A stretch of DNA of 64,000 nt, from NCBI RefSeq assembly GCF_000981445.1, contig NC_027218.1, forward strand, positions 3,038,001-3,102,000, written 5' to 3'. The position numbers and the translations under genes were made by a program. Under the pieces are notes generated by a model. That model ran no database searches. It was not told the origin of the DNA and saw only the letters and a program-made list of their open reading frames with translations. The DNA is from Babesia bigemina (taxonomy: Eukaryota). This document shows positions 20,768-33,600 of this stretch, one piece after another; position 1 is the stretch's first letter, and each line of letters begins with the position of its first letter.

Positions 20768-22366
20768 TCATATCACCGCGATTACACCAACTGCTACCAT
20801 TGTCCGAATCACCGTGATAGCAGTTGTCAAAAATCCTGACGACCGTTTATACAAATTGATAACATTTACGCGGAGAGCGATCTTTTCTGCTGGTTGCTCA
20901 GAGCTCGATTCACCCGAAGCTCCACTTTCAGTTATCGATGGCTTTTGCGCGTTCTGCATTTGTGAGGGTTCGTCGCAAATTGTTTTTGAAATCTTCGATG
21001 TGGTTATGGTTTCACCTCGCTCCTTTGTCAGTGGTAAACCTGCGCCCTCACCAAGACTAAGAATTGTTGGAGCTGTGGTGTTACTACTCTCCTTTGATTG
21101 TGGTAAGGATGTAGATTCCTTTGGAACGTATGCCGCTGATGAGGGTGGTGTATCCTGTGGTGAGGCAGTAGGAACGGTCGATTCCAATTGAGCTGGTTTC
21201 CTCTCCTTTTCAATTTTTTCCAGCATAGTTAGTATATCTGCTGTATTCAACTTGACATATTTCGCAGACATGGTAACTACAACAGGTCCGTACTCCTCGA
21301 ATGATATCTCCAGTTGTCGTTGCTCGCGTATTAATTCGGATGCTTGAGGGGATTGAGGATCAATCACTTTCAGCATATCATTGATGTCGTTATAACGCTT
21401 GTGAATCGGCCATGCATATCTGATGTCTCTTAGGGTGTCATATAACTTGTCGTAATGCTCCTGAAATTTGAGAATCAACTCAGTATTTAAAATCGGAGGG
21501 CTACCTGCTGCGTAAAAATTGATGTCATTCATTAAGGGCTCGTGTAAAATTTCCTCTATTTTGTTAGCCATTGCTTGAATCTCATGCAAAGTTTGTAGTA
21601 TTTCCCGATCGTTGAGTAATACTCGCATCGTCTCATTACCTTCATCAGAACTTAAGTAACTTTGAGGCACATCACTGGGGATCATTCCTGTATTTTTCAC
21701 GAAGTCTGCTGTGTTCACTGCTTGGTTTAGTCTGCTTCTTACCGATGACCCTGGAATATTATGCTCTGGCGCCGTTTGCGTATAGCCTGTATATTTTTGA
21801 ATGAATAACTGTGCCTGTCTGATTGTTTCTCGGTACTTAGAGGCGTTGTAAAATTGGAAAATACCGGATGCCGTCCTTTCATTGCCTTTGAATTGCTCTG
21901 TTAGATTCTCCAAGGCGCTTCTAAGTTTAGCCGATAGTTCAGGTGTTAAATTTTTCCTTTTAAGTCCTCTAGATACGACACGGTACTTATCAAGAATATT
22001 TTTTAAGTCGGCGAAATATATATATCTACCAGTCACGTCTTGAACAGCATTCAACAGTTGACGGCATTCATGTATGGCTGCTTCTTTAACCTCCGGTGTG
22101 GCTTCAGAGGCAGACAATAAAGATGGCAATGTCTCAAAAAAGCCAAAGAGCACTCCATCTGGCCTAGTAAGTGTTACGAGGATTTTGACCTTACGATAAA
22201 ACTCCTCATCCTCGGCGTAAAATGCAATACCTTCTAAAGGGTGATCTTCACCGCCCGAGTCACCGTTGGTGGGTAGTGCACTTATAGGTGATTCATTAAA
22301 GACGGTCACCCAAGAAAACATTAATGCTGCGATAGCTTGCGGAACGAAGTAGCCAAGAGGCTTCAT
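20768..22366 (-). CDS. Putative GPI-anchored surface protein (signal peptide, helical body, S/T/P/E stalk)
   Basis: Leader MKPLGYFVPQAIAALMFSWVTVF. C-terminus SSG..TTAITVIRTMVAVGVIAVI ends in a hydrophobic tail with no cytosolic segment. Intronless ORF. Confidence 0.75.
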   Translation of the reverse strand: MKPLGYFVPQAIAALMFSWVTVFNESPISALPTNGDSGGEDHPLEGIAFYAEDEEFYRKVKILVTLTRPDGVLFGFFETLPSLLSASEATPEVKEAAIHECRQLLNAVQDVTGRYIYFADLKNILDKYRVVSRGLKRKNLTPELSAKLRSALENLTEQFKGNERTASGIFQFYNASKYRETIRQAQLFIQKYTGYTQTAPEHNIPGSSVRSRLNQAVNTADFVKNTGMIPSDVPQSYLSSDEGNETMRVLLNDREILQTLHEIQAMANKIEEILHEPLMNDINFYAAGSPPILNTELILKFQEHYDKLYDTLRDIRYAWPIHKRYNDINDMLKVIDPQSPQASELIREQRQLEISFEEYGPVVVTMSAKYVKLNTADILTMLEKIEKERKPAQLESTVPTASPQDTPPSSAAYVPKESTSLPQSKESSNTTAPTILSLGEGAGLPLTKERGETITTSKISKTICDEPSQMQNAQKPSITESGASGESSSEQPAEKIALRVNVINLYKRSSGFLTTAITVIRTMVAVGVIAVI

Positions 22367-23980
22367 TATCAACAATAAATAAATTGGGCCTTGCAAACAC
22401 CTATATTTAAATTATAACCGCGCCACTATATGACACAGTGTCGCCCTTAACCTTCGAGACGAACTCCAACCTGCTTCTAAAATCAAATAACGCAGTTTGC
22501 GTGATAACCACTCGGCGTTTAACTAGGGCAGAAACGAATATGTGCATCAAATAATTTATGATGAGCGTATTTCTATGATATGTGAAATGTCGTATGTATG
22601 ATATCCTGTGCTATTAGAGCTGCCGCGATTGTCACCGCGGCTCACTGGTGATTTTACTCGGCGATTAAAATGTTCGTGCCCCTGCATGTAGACAGAAATT
22701 AAGAAGCAAGGCATATATTATCCGCTCACACGTGAGATCACTATTCGTGTACTTAGTGTAGATGGTTTGCGCTCAGGCGTGGGTTAACTAAGGCGTGAGC
22801 CGACTTTTGTTCTTACACGTTGCTCACACCTTGCATATTACGGGCACCGAATGCTTACGGCGGCTCAACTAGCACTTAGACGCCTCACAGATCATGTCCA
22901 ACACAAGCTCATCGTATCACTTGTTTGCAAGAAGCGACATTTATATTAGTATTTGATCACAACAGTCCTCAACGCTGTTTTGGAGGGCGTGCCTCAATTC
23001 GCTATTTAGAAATTGGCAGCGCTTTCCCAAGCCCATTATGGCGTCATAATTGTGGTCCATAGTGCAAAAAAGCAGCATGTAACGTATTTACAGCAACTAT
23101 GTACAGCTGGTTACTAAGAACGTCAGTGAAAGCAGCACACATACTCCATGGCGACATCGCAATTCAGTTGGCTTCTCATCCCTTGCAAATTAAGTGTTAT
23201 CTAATGACTAACTATCGTATTAAAAATGTACACGTGGTGTTAACATGACACTACTCACGACGTAAAGTCTCGCATCGCATCCATACATATGTCGAGGTCA
23301 CTGGGATGCGTGTATTAACCCAGTTCATATACCTCCCGCAGTTTCTGCGCTTAACAAACCATGGTCTGATAGTTGAAATGAGATCTACTACTGTGTATCA
23401 TTACCGAATTTTCCTTCACCCATACCTTCATGCTGTAGGCTGACTGATTCCGGTGAAACCTGAAAAATGGTAGCCTGAGGTGATCAAAATGACCTACTGC
23501 TGCATTACCTAACATATTGTGTATCGTACTGCGGAAATTTGATGAGCGGATAAAGCCATTCCGCCATGCCTACCCACCCGTGTTCTAACATGGCCACGCA
23601 CTGACCGTAATTCTCTATCATGGCTGTTAGAATAAGTAAAGCTTACTATAAGGTGCGAGGCGAAATCCATTCTTGCGTATTAAAGTTATAGCCGATTTTT
23701 CAACGTGCGAGGATGAATGCGAAGAGCCACATCACACCTTCCCAATTCATTAGTCGTGCTAAGGCAACCAAGCTACAGTATGGCGTAATTGCACCCCAGC
23801 CTTATTACTGTGATCTTGGCTACTCACACAGATTGTAAAAAGCCGTGACAACACTACAGCACTCTGGTGAGTTATACGTCCAAAATTAATACTTTCTAGC
23901 AAACGGGTACGTTGCCACGGGAATACACAAATTAATAGACAATGATACACATATATTAATTTTCGGTGTCTGCTAAAGAG

Positions 23981-26839
23981 TTACCCGGGGCGATACTTAG
24001 ATAAGTTGGTGTGATAGTTCACGATCTGTATGGTGGAAAGAATGACACCCTTGTTGGTGATGCAGCGGCACTCCAACGGCGGCGTCTGGAGCATCGTTTC
24101 GCCAGGTCTAACGAAGCCACTTCGGAACTTTAAAATGACGAAGTGATTGGATGTCGTCGCCGTGAAATAATCGGAGATGCTGTCTACTTCCTCCACTTCA
24201 CCGTCCATGTCAACCTCGAAGAAACAACCGGGTGGGTAGAGAGAGTACGGCGGTGGGCAGTAGAATGCCGCTTCCTCAGCAGCGTTAATGTCTATCCTGC
24301 AACCGATTTCTTGACCGTTATCGTCGTAGAGTGTGGGCGTCTCTGGCTTGAACAACTCAGTGGACTCGTATGTAACACCGCAGCCTTGCATGTACGGGTC
24401 AGTGGTCTCGAAGTTAACACGAACCATATGCCACATCTCCAGATTGGCAGGCCCTACGACCTTCATATTAGGTAGAGATGGCGTATCGCTATTGACGGAC
24501 AGTTCCGATCCTTCGGGTGCTATGCCGCAAAAAAATGCCATCGGGTAAGTTTCATAGTTCAGTGGATCCTTAGAAATCACGATGGCGCTCGCATCTGCTT
24601 GTAAGATCAATTTACGGCATGGTGATATAGTTGGGTCATGTTCTAAACCTATTTTCAATCCACCTGGAGTTATTACGAGTGAATCTTCGCGCTTTCTCTT
24701 TAAAACATCGAACGCTCGGCCAGTTTGGCTCACCAAGTAATGGAATTGCTCAGGTTGTCTTGGCATCCATGTTGCGGTTGAGTCACTATGGGCTTCAGAG
24801 GGTGGAGGAGAACATTGAAGGGGAGACGACTGTCTTTTACGACAATCCAGAGACACCGTGTCACCGACTTGCATCGTAACTGATGCTTCAACCACGTCAT
24901 TTACCCTAAGCCATTCGGATAACGTGACTCCATCACTCGATGCTTCCGCATCCTTCCATGGGAGTAATACATAGGGAATACGCGATTTAGGAACACCCTG
25001 GGAAAAGATTTCGAAGACAAAGTCGCGGGGATAATGTGACTCGAATGCAATCCTATATTTTTCGTAACCACGTTGGTCGACACAGTAACATGCCTTACTG
25101 ACTCTTATTTGGTGCACTGAATCAAAGTGGAGCTTTCTAAATCCTGGAAGGTGAGATTCCCGTACACGAGTCGAACCCATACCCATTCCAACAACACGAT
25201 TATTGAGAAGATCGTATGATTCATAGCCACAATTCTTCGGCAACATCCGGTCTGATTTGCAGTAAATAACAGCAGGCTCACTCGCAACGTCAATAGGTAC
25301 GCGGTATTCGTAAACGTCCCCTATACCATTTCCCTTACGTCTGACAGAGGTGTATTTTTTCTTCTTTTCTGGATTGAAGACGCTATATAGATCTACGTCT
25401 TTTTGTTTCACTACGTCGAAACCAAGATCGTCATATCTATGGGTGAACGCGAGGGCCAGACTGACGGTGGCTACTGTTCTATGTATACGGCCATGTTTAG
25501 CATTCACCATAGTCCAATGAAACTCAAACCGGTTTGCACCGTTTCGTAACGCCAGAGGTCTGCCCTTTCGGTACTTCAGCTTCACCTCTCCTCCCTCCAC
25601 TTCGGAAACATCTAATTCGAGCGCATTGCCAGCCAGGGCTTGGTTGTACGGGACTTCTTCGTAGCTGTTGAAGTCATCAATTGATTTCAGTTGGCGCAGA
25701 ATTTCCAAGTCTCTCGGCCCAAATCCGAGGTCGTTTGAATTGATACCCATCATTATTAAGTCAGACGTTTCGGAGTCCTTATCTATGATGAAAGTTGGGA
25801 ACTTTATGGTCAACGTGCTTCCTGGATGGAGTACTACTGAACACCAAGGCCCACTTATGGGCCTCCTGCGGTGGCGGTCTAATAGTCCAGCGATGTCGCA
25901 TGTATACACGTTTTGTGAACGGAAGTGAATAATGGACTTCACTTCATACGTGTCGCTATGTTTGCATATGCACATTTCATCATACTCAGGAAGTGCTAGG
26001 TCATTGAATATCCTACCTGTCATCCATACACGCACGTCTGTGCTAATTCTAGGAATTGCTGGCTCTGTGTACCAAGAGAGGAGACCGTTGCAGCCTGGGG
26101 GTTCAACAATACCGTCGCAAGTGAATCCGATCGTTCTTGTGGTCATCGGATCAACCACGCATGACATCACATCAGTACGTAGGTCCAGAGACACGTTGTT
26201 ATCACGAGGAAACAATGGTGAATCGAGCATACCGCACCCGTAAAACCATCCACTTGTACGCCCTCTGTTCAAGAATAAAACACCTATATCCTTTAAGTTC
26301 CTGCCCACTCTGCGATGCAATGGCCGTGACGAATTCGGATGCGTGTCATCTGTAATGTCCGAAAGGTGGTAAATCTCACGCTCGATGTCATCGCTCACTA
26401 CCAAAGTCTTCGGGCCGCAGATAAATATGAAACGGCTTTCGGTCATTGCCAATATTGGAACCTCTGGATATTTAAATTTCATAGCGATTCCCGAAGGAGT
26501 GGCTTCATACCGTCCGGCAAAGTACTTGAATTCGCTGCGTACCATATTTCTAATTTTACGAGAAGCAAGCTTGCCACTTTGCTTTACGTAACCATAGATT
26601 TTATCGCTCGGCATTTCACGTGGTCGAGGATGCCATGTGTACTCGATTCCTTTGTATTGGCGTGGACATATCGCAGTAGAATCGGGATAGACGCTGGTAT
26701 CTACGCTACACTGAACGAAAAACCCATCGGCGAAGGCATCTGGATTAGAGAAGTCACAGACATTGGCTTCAATACGTATAATCGAATGTAGCGTTATGGC
26801 GCAAAATGCCGAGAGAACTGTCACTCCAAGTTTTGCCAT
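23981..26839 (-). CDS. Secreted 6-Cys (s48/45)-like multidomain protein
   Basis: Signal peptide MAKLGVTVLSAFCAITLHSII and N-terminal CDF. Repeated GCG...C.(V/I)D...F.C...PPGC...C.C patterns, ending PLECRCITNKGVILSTIQI. No GPI tail is visible. Confidence 0.75.
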   Translation of the reverse strand: MAKLGVTVLSAFCAITLHSIIRIEANVCDFSNPDAFADGFFVQCSVDTSVYPDSTAICPRQYKGIEYTWHPRPREMPSDKIYGYVKQSGKLASRKIRNMVRSEFKYFAGRYEATPSGIAMKFKYPEVPILAMTESRFIFICGPKTLVVSDDIEREIYHLSDITDDTHPNSSRPLHRRVGRNLKDIGVLFLNRGRTSGWFYGCGMLDSPLFPRDNNVSLDLRTDVMSCVVDPMTTRTIGFTCDGIVEPPGCNGLLSWYTEPAIPRISTDVRVWMTGRIFNDLALPEYDEMCICKHSDTYEVKSIIHFRSQNVYTCDIAGLLDRHRRRPISGPWCSVVLHPGSTLTIKFPTFIIDKDSETSDLIMMGINSNDLGFGPRDLEILRQLKSIDDFNSYEEVPYNQALAGNALELDVSEVEGGEVKLKYRKGRPLALRNGANRFEFHWTMVNAKHGRIHRTVATVSLALAFTHRYDDLGFDVVKQKDVDLYSVFNPEKKKKYTSVRRKGNGIGDVYEYRVPIDVASEPAVIYCKSDRMLPKNCGYESYDLLNNRVVGMGMGSTRVRESHLPGFRKLHFDSVHQIRVSKACYCVDQRGYEKYRIAFESHYPRDFVFEIFSQGVPKSRIPYVLLPWKDAEASSDGVTLSEWLRVNDVVEASVTMQVGDTVSLDCRKRQSSPLQCSPPPSEAHSDSTATWMPRQPEQFHYLVSQTGRAFDVLKRKREDSLVITPGGLKIGLEHDPTISPCRKLILQADASAIVISKDPLNYETYPMAFFCGIAPEGSELSVNSDTPSLPNMKVVGPANLEMWHMVRVNFETTDPYMQGCGVTYESTELFKPETPTLYDDNGQEIGCRIDINAAEEAAFYCPPPYSLYPPGCFFEVDMDGEVEEVDSISDYFTATTSNHFVILKFRSGFVRPGETMLQTPPLECRCITNKGVILSTIQIVNYHTNLSKYRPG

Positions 26840-27176
26840 GTTTATGTATTGTAATACAATATATGAACATGAACGTAGTGAATGCTTATGGCCAACACAG
26901 TTTAATGGCATATGAACCCAATTGCGACTCTGAAATTCACAATGTGTTGGGAATATGAGGGGGAATGGAGACCCAATTGACCCAGGTAGACACCGGTGAA
27001 TTTTCTCGAACGTCTCCAACCTCCAGGATCAATATGTGAACTGCTGTCTCCTGAGACAGCAGTTCACTAATGATAAAAACATGCATGATTATTGACATTA
27101 CAATCTGAAAACCATGTGCAGTATACTCGCTGGAGATGGAGGTTTCGCCCAACCAAACAAGGTGCATCTACAGTAC

Positions 27177-27348
27177 GGCATAGCCATCATCACCATCTTG
27201 GAAAGAGGGATAACCAACCCATGCGAGCTACTGGAGACGGGGACACAATGTAGGCGGAAGCACGAATAGCTAATCTAGGACGTGAAGACGCGACAATTCA
27301 ACTGTCGAACGAGGAGCAGGGCACTCCCATACCTGATGAAGGAGATGA
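27177..27348 (+). repeat. 172-bp repeat, copy B (inverted partner of 4327-4498)
   Basis: Differs from the reverse complement of copy A by 4 substitutions. Confidence 0.95.
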
Positions 27349-27609
27349 TTGAGCCCGTCATTTACCCTCGCGCCCGGACAAGTTGGATGCCATCATGGAT
27401 GATTTCAGCAGACTTAGGCAATACTACGAAGTGGGGACCTCAACCTAGACAAAGCGCCTAGTAGGTGTGACCGCTTAGGCAACGGTAAAAGTGGACGAGC
27501 CACTGGTCGCCGCATTGCACAGTGTACATTTTGACACAGAGATTAATATTCTTCCGCCATTACACAGAGTGCACGTTTAGCGTAAAGCAAATTAAACACT
27601 TGCATACTG

Positions 27610-30600
27610 TCAGTTCATACGGCCCATGCAGTTGGCCGAATTGCAATGGCAACGCAATCGTTGCGCCTCATCTTCGACACCGAACTGGTAGTCGTAGGTC
27701 ACCTCGTCTCCCGCTTTCAAGTCGAACTTGGCATATATGACGATGTGCTTCAAGTTGTTTTCGCAGATGACAACGCGGCAGAAGCAGTTAGGCTCGCAGC
27801 TGTGGTTGATGAAACGAGACATCGAACCGCGGCGTGTTGCGTCCACAATTAGCTGATCGTCCAAGCGGAACATGTAACACGAACCGTCGCCACCCTGCTC
27901 ATTAGAGTAGACATCTTCGCGCCTATCAGCGACCAAGTCTCTAATCAACTCTCCCACGTACTCTACAACAGGCTCGCCAGCGGCAATTTCGTCGGTCACG
28001 AACAAACCGAAACCGTGAATAGGAGAGTTGCGAACATCGAGTCGTTTCTCGGCGTACAAGTTGCTGATGTAGCGGCGTTGTGTTAACGGGATCGCAAGGC
28101 CGAATTGGCGACGACGACGCGCACGTAATAATTGCGGTTCACATGCATCTAGGCGAACAGGGTGGTCACCAGTGAAGTCAATGACAGATATAATCTCGTC
28201 GATGAGTACCACTTCTCCCGTTGATTCTTCCAGCGGAGCGCTATCGCCATAACGATTCATTGGTCTCAGCTTGTTTTCACTCTTACTGAAACTCTGGCCA
28301 ACCATCGCAGTGTGGAAGACACGCGTGTTGAAAAAAGATGAGCTACGCTCCAGCAGGGTCTTGCACATGCGTACTCGGAGCTCCTGAACCACGTAGTGCG
28401 AATTCAAACCAAAAAAGTCTGCTCCGGAAAAGCGTCGAGTATAGAACACACTAACTTCCTGAAGGAACAAAACGAAAACCGCATCTAGATCATAACCTTG
28501 AGCGATCCACTTGCAGCCTTCCTTGTCCTCATGACCTACCAAAACTCCGATGGCGAAGAAGGCCATGCCTTGCCTGACGCGCACTGTGCAAAGGTAACAG
28601 CTTCTGGCTTCTGGAGCACCACAGCTAATGCTGCTGGAATTGCACACGCCAGTCAAGTTGCGAGATTTGGGATCGCGGAGAGTATTCTGCTTGGCATTCC
28701 AAAAAATTCGTGTTGCAGTATACCCAGCTGGATACGCCGTGTGGCCCTTGTCGAAGATCAAACCATCACCCACACTAAGTATTGTAACCGCACCAAAGCG
28801 CGGAAGACTGTGCTCACTTAGACGCCCTGTAGGTGTGACTCTCATTTCAGCGGCCTCAACCACGGGAGGAGCCGTTGCAACCGACGTAGGATGCCCCGAA
28901 GCTACAGGTGCCCCGGTGACTGTAGGATGCGACAATGGTTCTGACTCTGTGATGTCATTTTCTATCTCGAATGCGTCCACTAGTTCATCAACATCCGTCG
29001 AACCGGAGGCGGTTTCGCTTGAAGTCGCCGAATTATAAGATAATTCCGGTTCAGGCGCAGCAACATCAGACCCCATATGTGCCCCTTCGTCATGCACCTG
29101 CAGATCACGGGGAGGCACGCTGGCAGCTGGTGCACTGTTATTAGTGGAGGACGTCAGTGGCGTGACACGCTTCACAAGTTGGACCCCCACCTCTGCATCG
29201 CCAGTCCCATTATACGAACCTGACGTGCGCGAACTGTGTTTACCGACCGACTTGGCCGCGTTCCTTAATTTATGAAGTTTCCACTGGCGCATAAAAGCCA
29301 AATGGGCAAGGGGATCATGCCTCAACTTTAGGGTGGGGCCAGGTGGTGACGTGGATTGCGGTATCCTTTCGCAGACGATTTCATTCCCTGCGTTAGCCTC
29401 CTGTCGCACATCCGCATCTCTATCCTGCTCTGCCGTATTGTCCGGCAATCGAGCGAAACCGGCGACCCCATCGAGACCTTCAGGGATAGGTGTAGTTCGG
29501 TCGTGATATTCATCCGACCTTACACGCTTGTGCTGGAACAACTCAGATGCATCGTCTTCGATTTGGTAACTTCTCTTATCACCTTCCGTAAAAGACACCA
29601 CCAGGGAACCCGAGGACGTGAATGTACCAGTAGGGCTGTATCCTCCCGACTCCGCTTTTGTGGCAGTGAAATAGGCATTGTGTTGCAATCCGTAATTCGT
29701 TGTGAAATGAGCAGTGGGTTGACGCTCGTTGCTCGGTATGCGCAGCGTATTAAATGGCGAAACCGATGATGCACAGAACGCAAACGAGAAATAGTGCTTG
29801 GGTGACCGAAGGCGCGCATTGTTACATTTACATGACTTCCTTTTCTTCTTATTCCACAAAATATCCGACAGCGGAGCGCTTTGTACAGATCGCTGGGGCT
29901 TCATAATGGAATCCAGCAGAAAGGGCACCGTTTCGTCATTGGTCATCATTGACAGACGCCGATTGAACTCAGCTTGCAACACTGCGTAGTAATGGGTGCT
30001 ATCTTCGAAGAATTCGTCGATAGAGCAATGCTGGATCACTTGGGGAACTATACGCACACTTTGTAGCACTTGACGACAGCTTATCAAAGTGGCGCTGGAT
30101 GATAAACCCTCCAAAGCCAAGAAGGTCTTCATCTGTGTTGGGTTCATCTTTATCAGGTAACCAATAGCCGTCGGATCGAGTTTACTTGCGACCCCCTCAT
30201 GGAAACAAGTGGCACACCACAGCAGACGACGCGTGTAGTATATACGAACGGGGAAGATTTCACGTGCTGTGTCCTGCCTGCGACCGCTTTCTCGCCGGAG
30301 TTGGAGCAGACGTTCCGTCATCTGAGTGTTAGCAGCCAGGAACGCACAAGTCACATGGAATTTGACTTCGCACTTAGTGCCAGTGCACCCCACGGTAGCA
30401 CCGGGTTCGCGGCACCACGCACAATACGCGGATCGGGCTGTCGTCACAACGATGTGTACTAGATTGTCTGGCAGTGTCACCGGAGGCAGCACGTGCAATT
30501 CGTGTAGGTTGAAGTTGAACAGAAGCGAGTCGGACTCCACACCACTACTTCCCACTGAATGACCGTCCCTGTACGGACTGTACGCGTTGCGGGATCGGCG

Positions 30601-33600
30601 ATGCGGCATGCTGCTGTAAATGTCTTTCGGCTGGATCCCAAACAGATAGTTCTTCAAAACACAGCTGCTGAGGAACAACGTGTCGAAGTGCTGATTGTAC
30701 GTCCTGGGGAGATAGGCATTGTCAAGCGACCAGAGCAGGCATTCACTATGCACGTATCCATCACGCCAAGGAAGCAGCGTGCCCCTCAACAGAGTGCTGA
30801 AAGACACATTACACAACGCGCACGCGGTATTCTCATCGGATGCTATGGTGTGGTGCACCCTGCCTGCAGTTTTGCGTGTTATCACACGGCGCGTAATAAT
30901 ATTCTCCATCAGATGCAAATTGCGCAACTTCACGCGCACGTCATAAGCACCTTCATTGACGCCATCACCCAGCCCAAACCCTTCAAACGACGAATAGTCA
31001 CTGAGCGATGCAACGGTGGAGTCACAGATACAACGCGTGTGTGCCGAGGCGCCAAATGACTCCGTGTCGATGTCACCGCACATTGCGCGACCAGAAACCG
31101 TCTCCACAATCAGCGACGTGCCCAGCCGAATCCATGCATCAAGGCCCTTGCCGTGCAGGACATTAATTGTCTTCGCGCCAAAAGCAGCGTCCAAATGGTC
31201 CTTAGTCTTGTCTACGTACCGGAACAGAGGTTTCAGATTTGTTTCCCGGAACGCCATGTTTCGAGACGTGTCCTTGAATGCGTTGAATTGCGGATCAGCG
31301 GCTTGTTGTTGTCCCCCCTGATAACTGGTATTAGCATAGCTGATTGATTTGGTGTGCAGATCTTCTGTGTTTTCACTTTGCTCAACCATGACGTAGTGAT
31401 TGAGATACATTGATCTGGCGGAGAGCCTTGGGCAGCCCGTCGCATCGAGTGAAGCGGAACACTGGTTCACTATCATGACCAAATCCCCATTCTCAACAAA
31501 TTCCTTGCACAGGTGGTACAACCATATAATAGTTGAGGCCTCGAAGGACACATTGTACACAACGTACGGCAACGTGGAGAGCCGAGGCAGTGTCGGCCTC
31601 ACTCCCATCAAGGCGCTCAACTCAGAAGCTCGGGCATGGACCTCCTCCCAACCATGACGAGTTGTGAAGAAGATGTGAGCAATGTGCCGCCGCAAGTATG
31701 GATGCCCCCCGACTTGGGATTGCGTGTACCCCCGACGAATGCCCTGTAAGAAGTAGTCGACGAACCTCAACCATCCCCCTCGCAGATTGTAGAACGCCCC
31801 AAGGGTGCCCATACTGGCATCAATGAAATTGAGAGATGGCTTCGGGAACACAAAGTCAGTCATGTTAGTGTCCGTCTGCTTAATCTGCTTGTACGTAAAT
31901 ACCAGGTGGTTCGACTCCAGCAATACCTTCACATACCACGACAACAGCTTGGATCGCCAAAAGGGTGGTGAGGGGTCGATATTCGACATCATTGGGAAGA
32001 GGGGAGTCGGAGCAGCCAACATGTTGTCCGATCCGTGACTGTAGCTGAGGGGCAAGGGCATAGACGCAGGTGCATTGACGCCATCATACGATCCAAGATG
32101 AGCCGGGGCACTATGAATTTCGGGAGGACGAACGTCTCGGTCGAAGGACATGCGAGAAGAGTCCAAAAAGTTTGGCGTACGGACGGCATAAGGCGGTTCG
32201 TTGCACAAATTAACGCCGCTTTCTCCACCCGGCTGCATAACGGCGGCTGGCGCATGACCCATATTAGGTTGAGGCAACGGAACCATGTAGGGACCTACGT
32301 TCGAACCTGGTGTCACGCCGCCGGCAACCATTGCACCCCCTGGCAAAATAGTCGTGAGCGGTGTCAACACCAGCACGGGCACACTTCCCACCGCATCGCC
32401 CGGTAGTACACTCGTCGCCAGAGGCACGTCAACGTTCCCACCGAATCCCACTGAAGTGATTGGCACACCTATCTGAGGTGCAGGCATTTGAGCACCGCCA
32501 ACGTAAGTCAAATAAGGGATAGATGTTGGAGTGGTAGTACCGTACAACGGTCCCGCAGAAGCCGAACCCTGACGAGGGGGAGGTGTGGCTATCGGGTTGT
32601 TCAAACCTTGGTTGGGGTCACTCCGAGAAATGTACGTTACGCCGCCGCGAGGATCTGCATGGAGCTGATTGCTACCGTCGAAATTCGTGCCAATCACAGG
32701 TCGTTGCGCCATTGCACTCGGGTCCACGAATAAAGTGTTGCCTCCAGCAGGTTGCACATAAGCACCAGGCGAGATCGGATTCGACAATACCAGTGCAGGC
32801 AACATGATGCTCTGCATCGGCATTGAGGCGCCATCCATCGTTTGGTTGGGAACAGCGGCACCTTCCTCCAGATACGGGTGCGGTAACAACATCGTGGGAC
32901 CTAGTGGGAGGCCTTTTGGAATCGCAGCCATCGGTCCCAAACCGGTGTTTAGCTGTGGCATAGGATTAAACTCCGGCCCCAGCGGCATCCCCATAGGGTT
33001 CGACCTAGTAGCCAGGTTGCCAAACTCCCTAGGCACCTTGTTAAAGAGCTCATCGATTTCCGGGTCATAAGGGTCGCTGTTGCGGAGCGAGTCGGCCCAG
33101 AACAAAAATGAAATGGGCGAGAACGGGGAGTGCGCCATAGCTGAATACAACCTGCCTCTAGCCAAAGGGCCCCTGCAAGGTTCCTCCGTCAGGAATCTAC
33201 TCACAAGAGCCGCTATTAGTGAAGGTCGCGTTTTGATGGGCCTTGGTGGGTTAGGATGTAGCAGCATGTGGTGCATCAATATCACGCCAACGTACTTCAC
33301 CAAGTTCTGGCTGAACAGCTGCCAGTTGCGTACCAATGCAACCGCCTTGATAATCGCGTTGGACCCAAGGAGCCTAATTTCATCCTGTTTACGCAAACCG
33401 CCCTCCGTTTGATTAAATAAGCTGCCCGCACTGTCTTCTGACTCGAAGCTGTTCAGGAAGTCACGCGGATTCAGCGTGGGGCCGTCAAACTTGAGAGCCA
33501 CACGCCACGCTTTGCACTTAGCGCAAATGACATAACGACCCATGTGGGATCCCAGCTCAATAGGGCTCGCCCTGTCGATAACCATAGCGCGCCCGTTGGG

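Noticed and set aside
4327..27348. Autonomous DNA transposon defined by the inverted repeats
   Set aside because: No transposase/integrase ORF inside and no obvious target-site duplication; kept only as a repeat finding.
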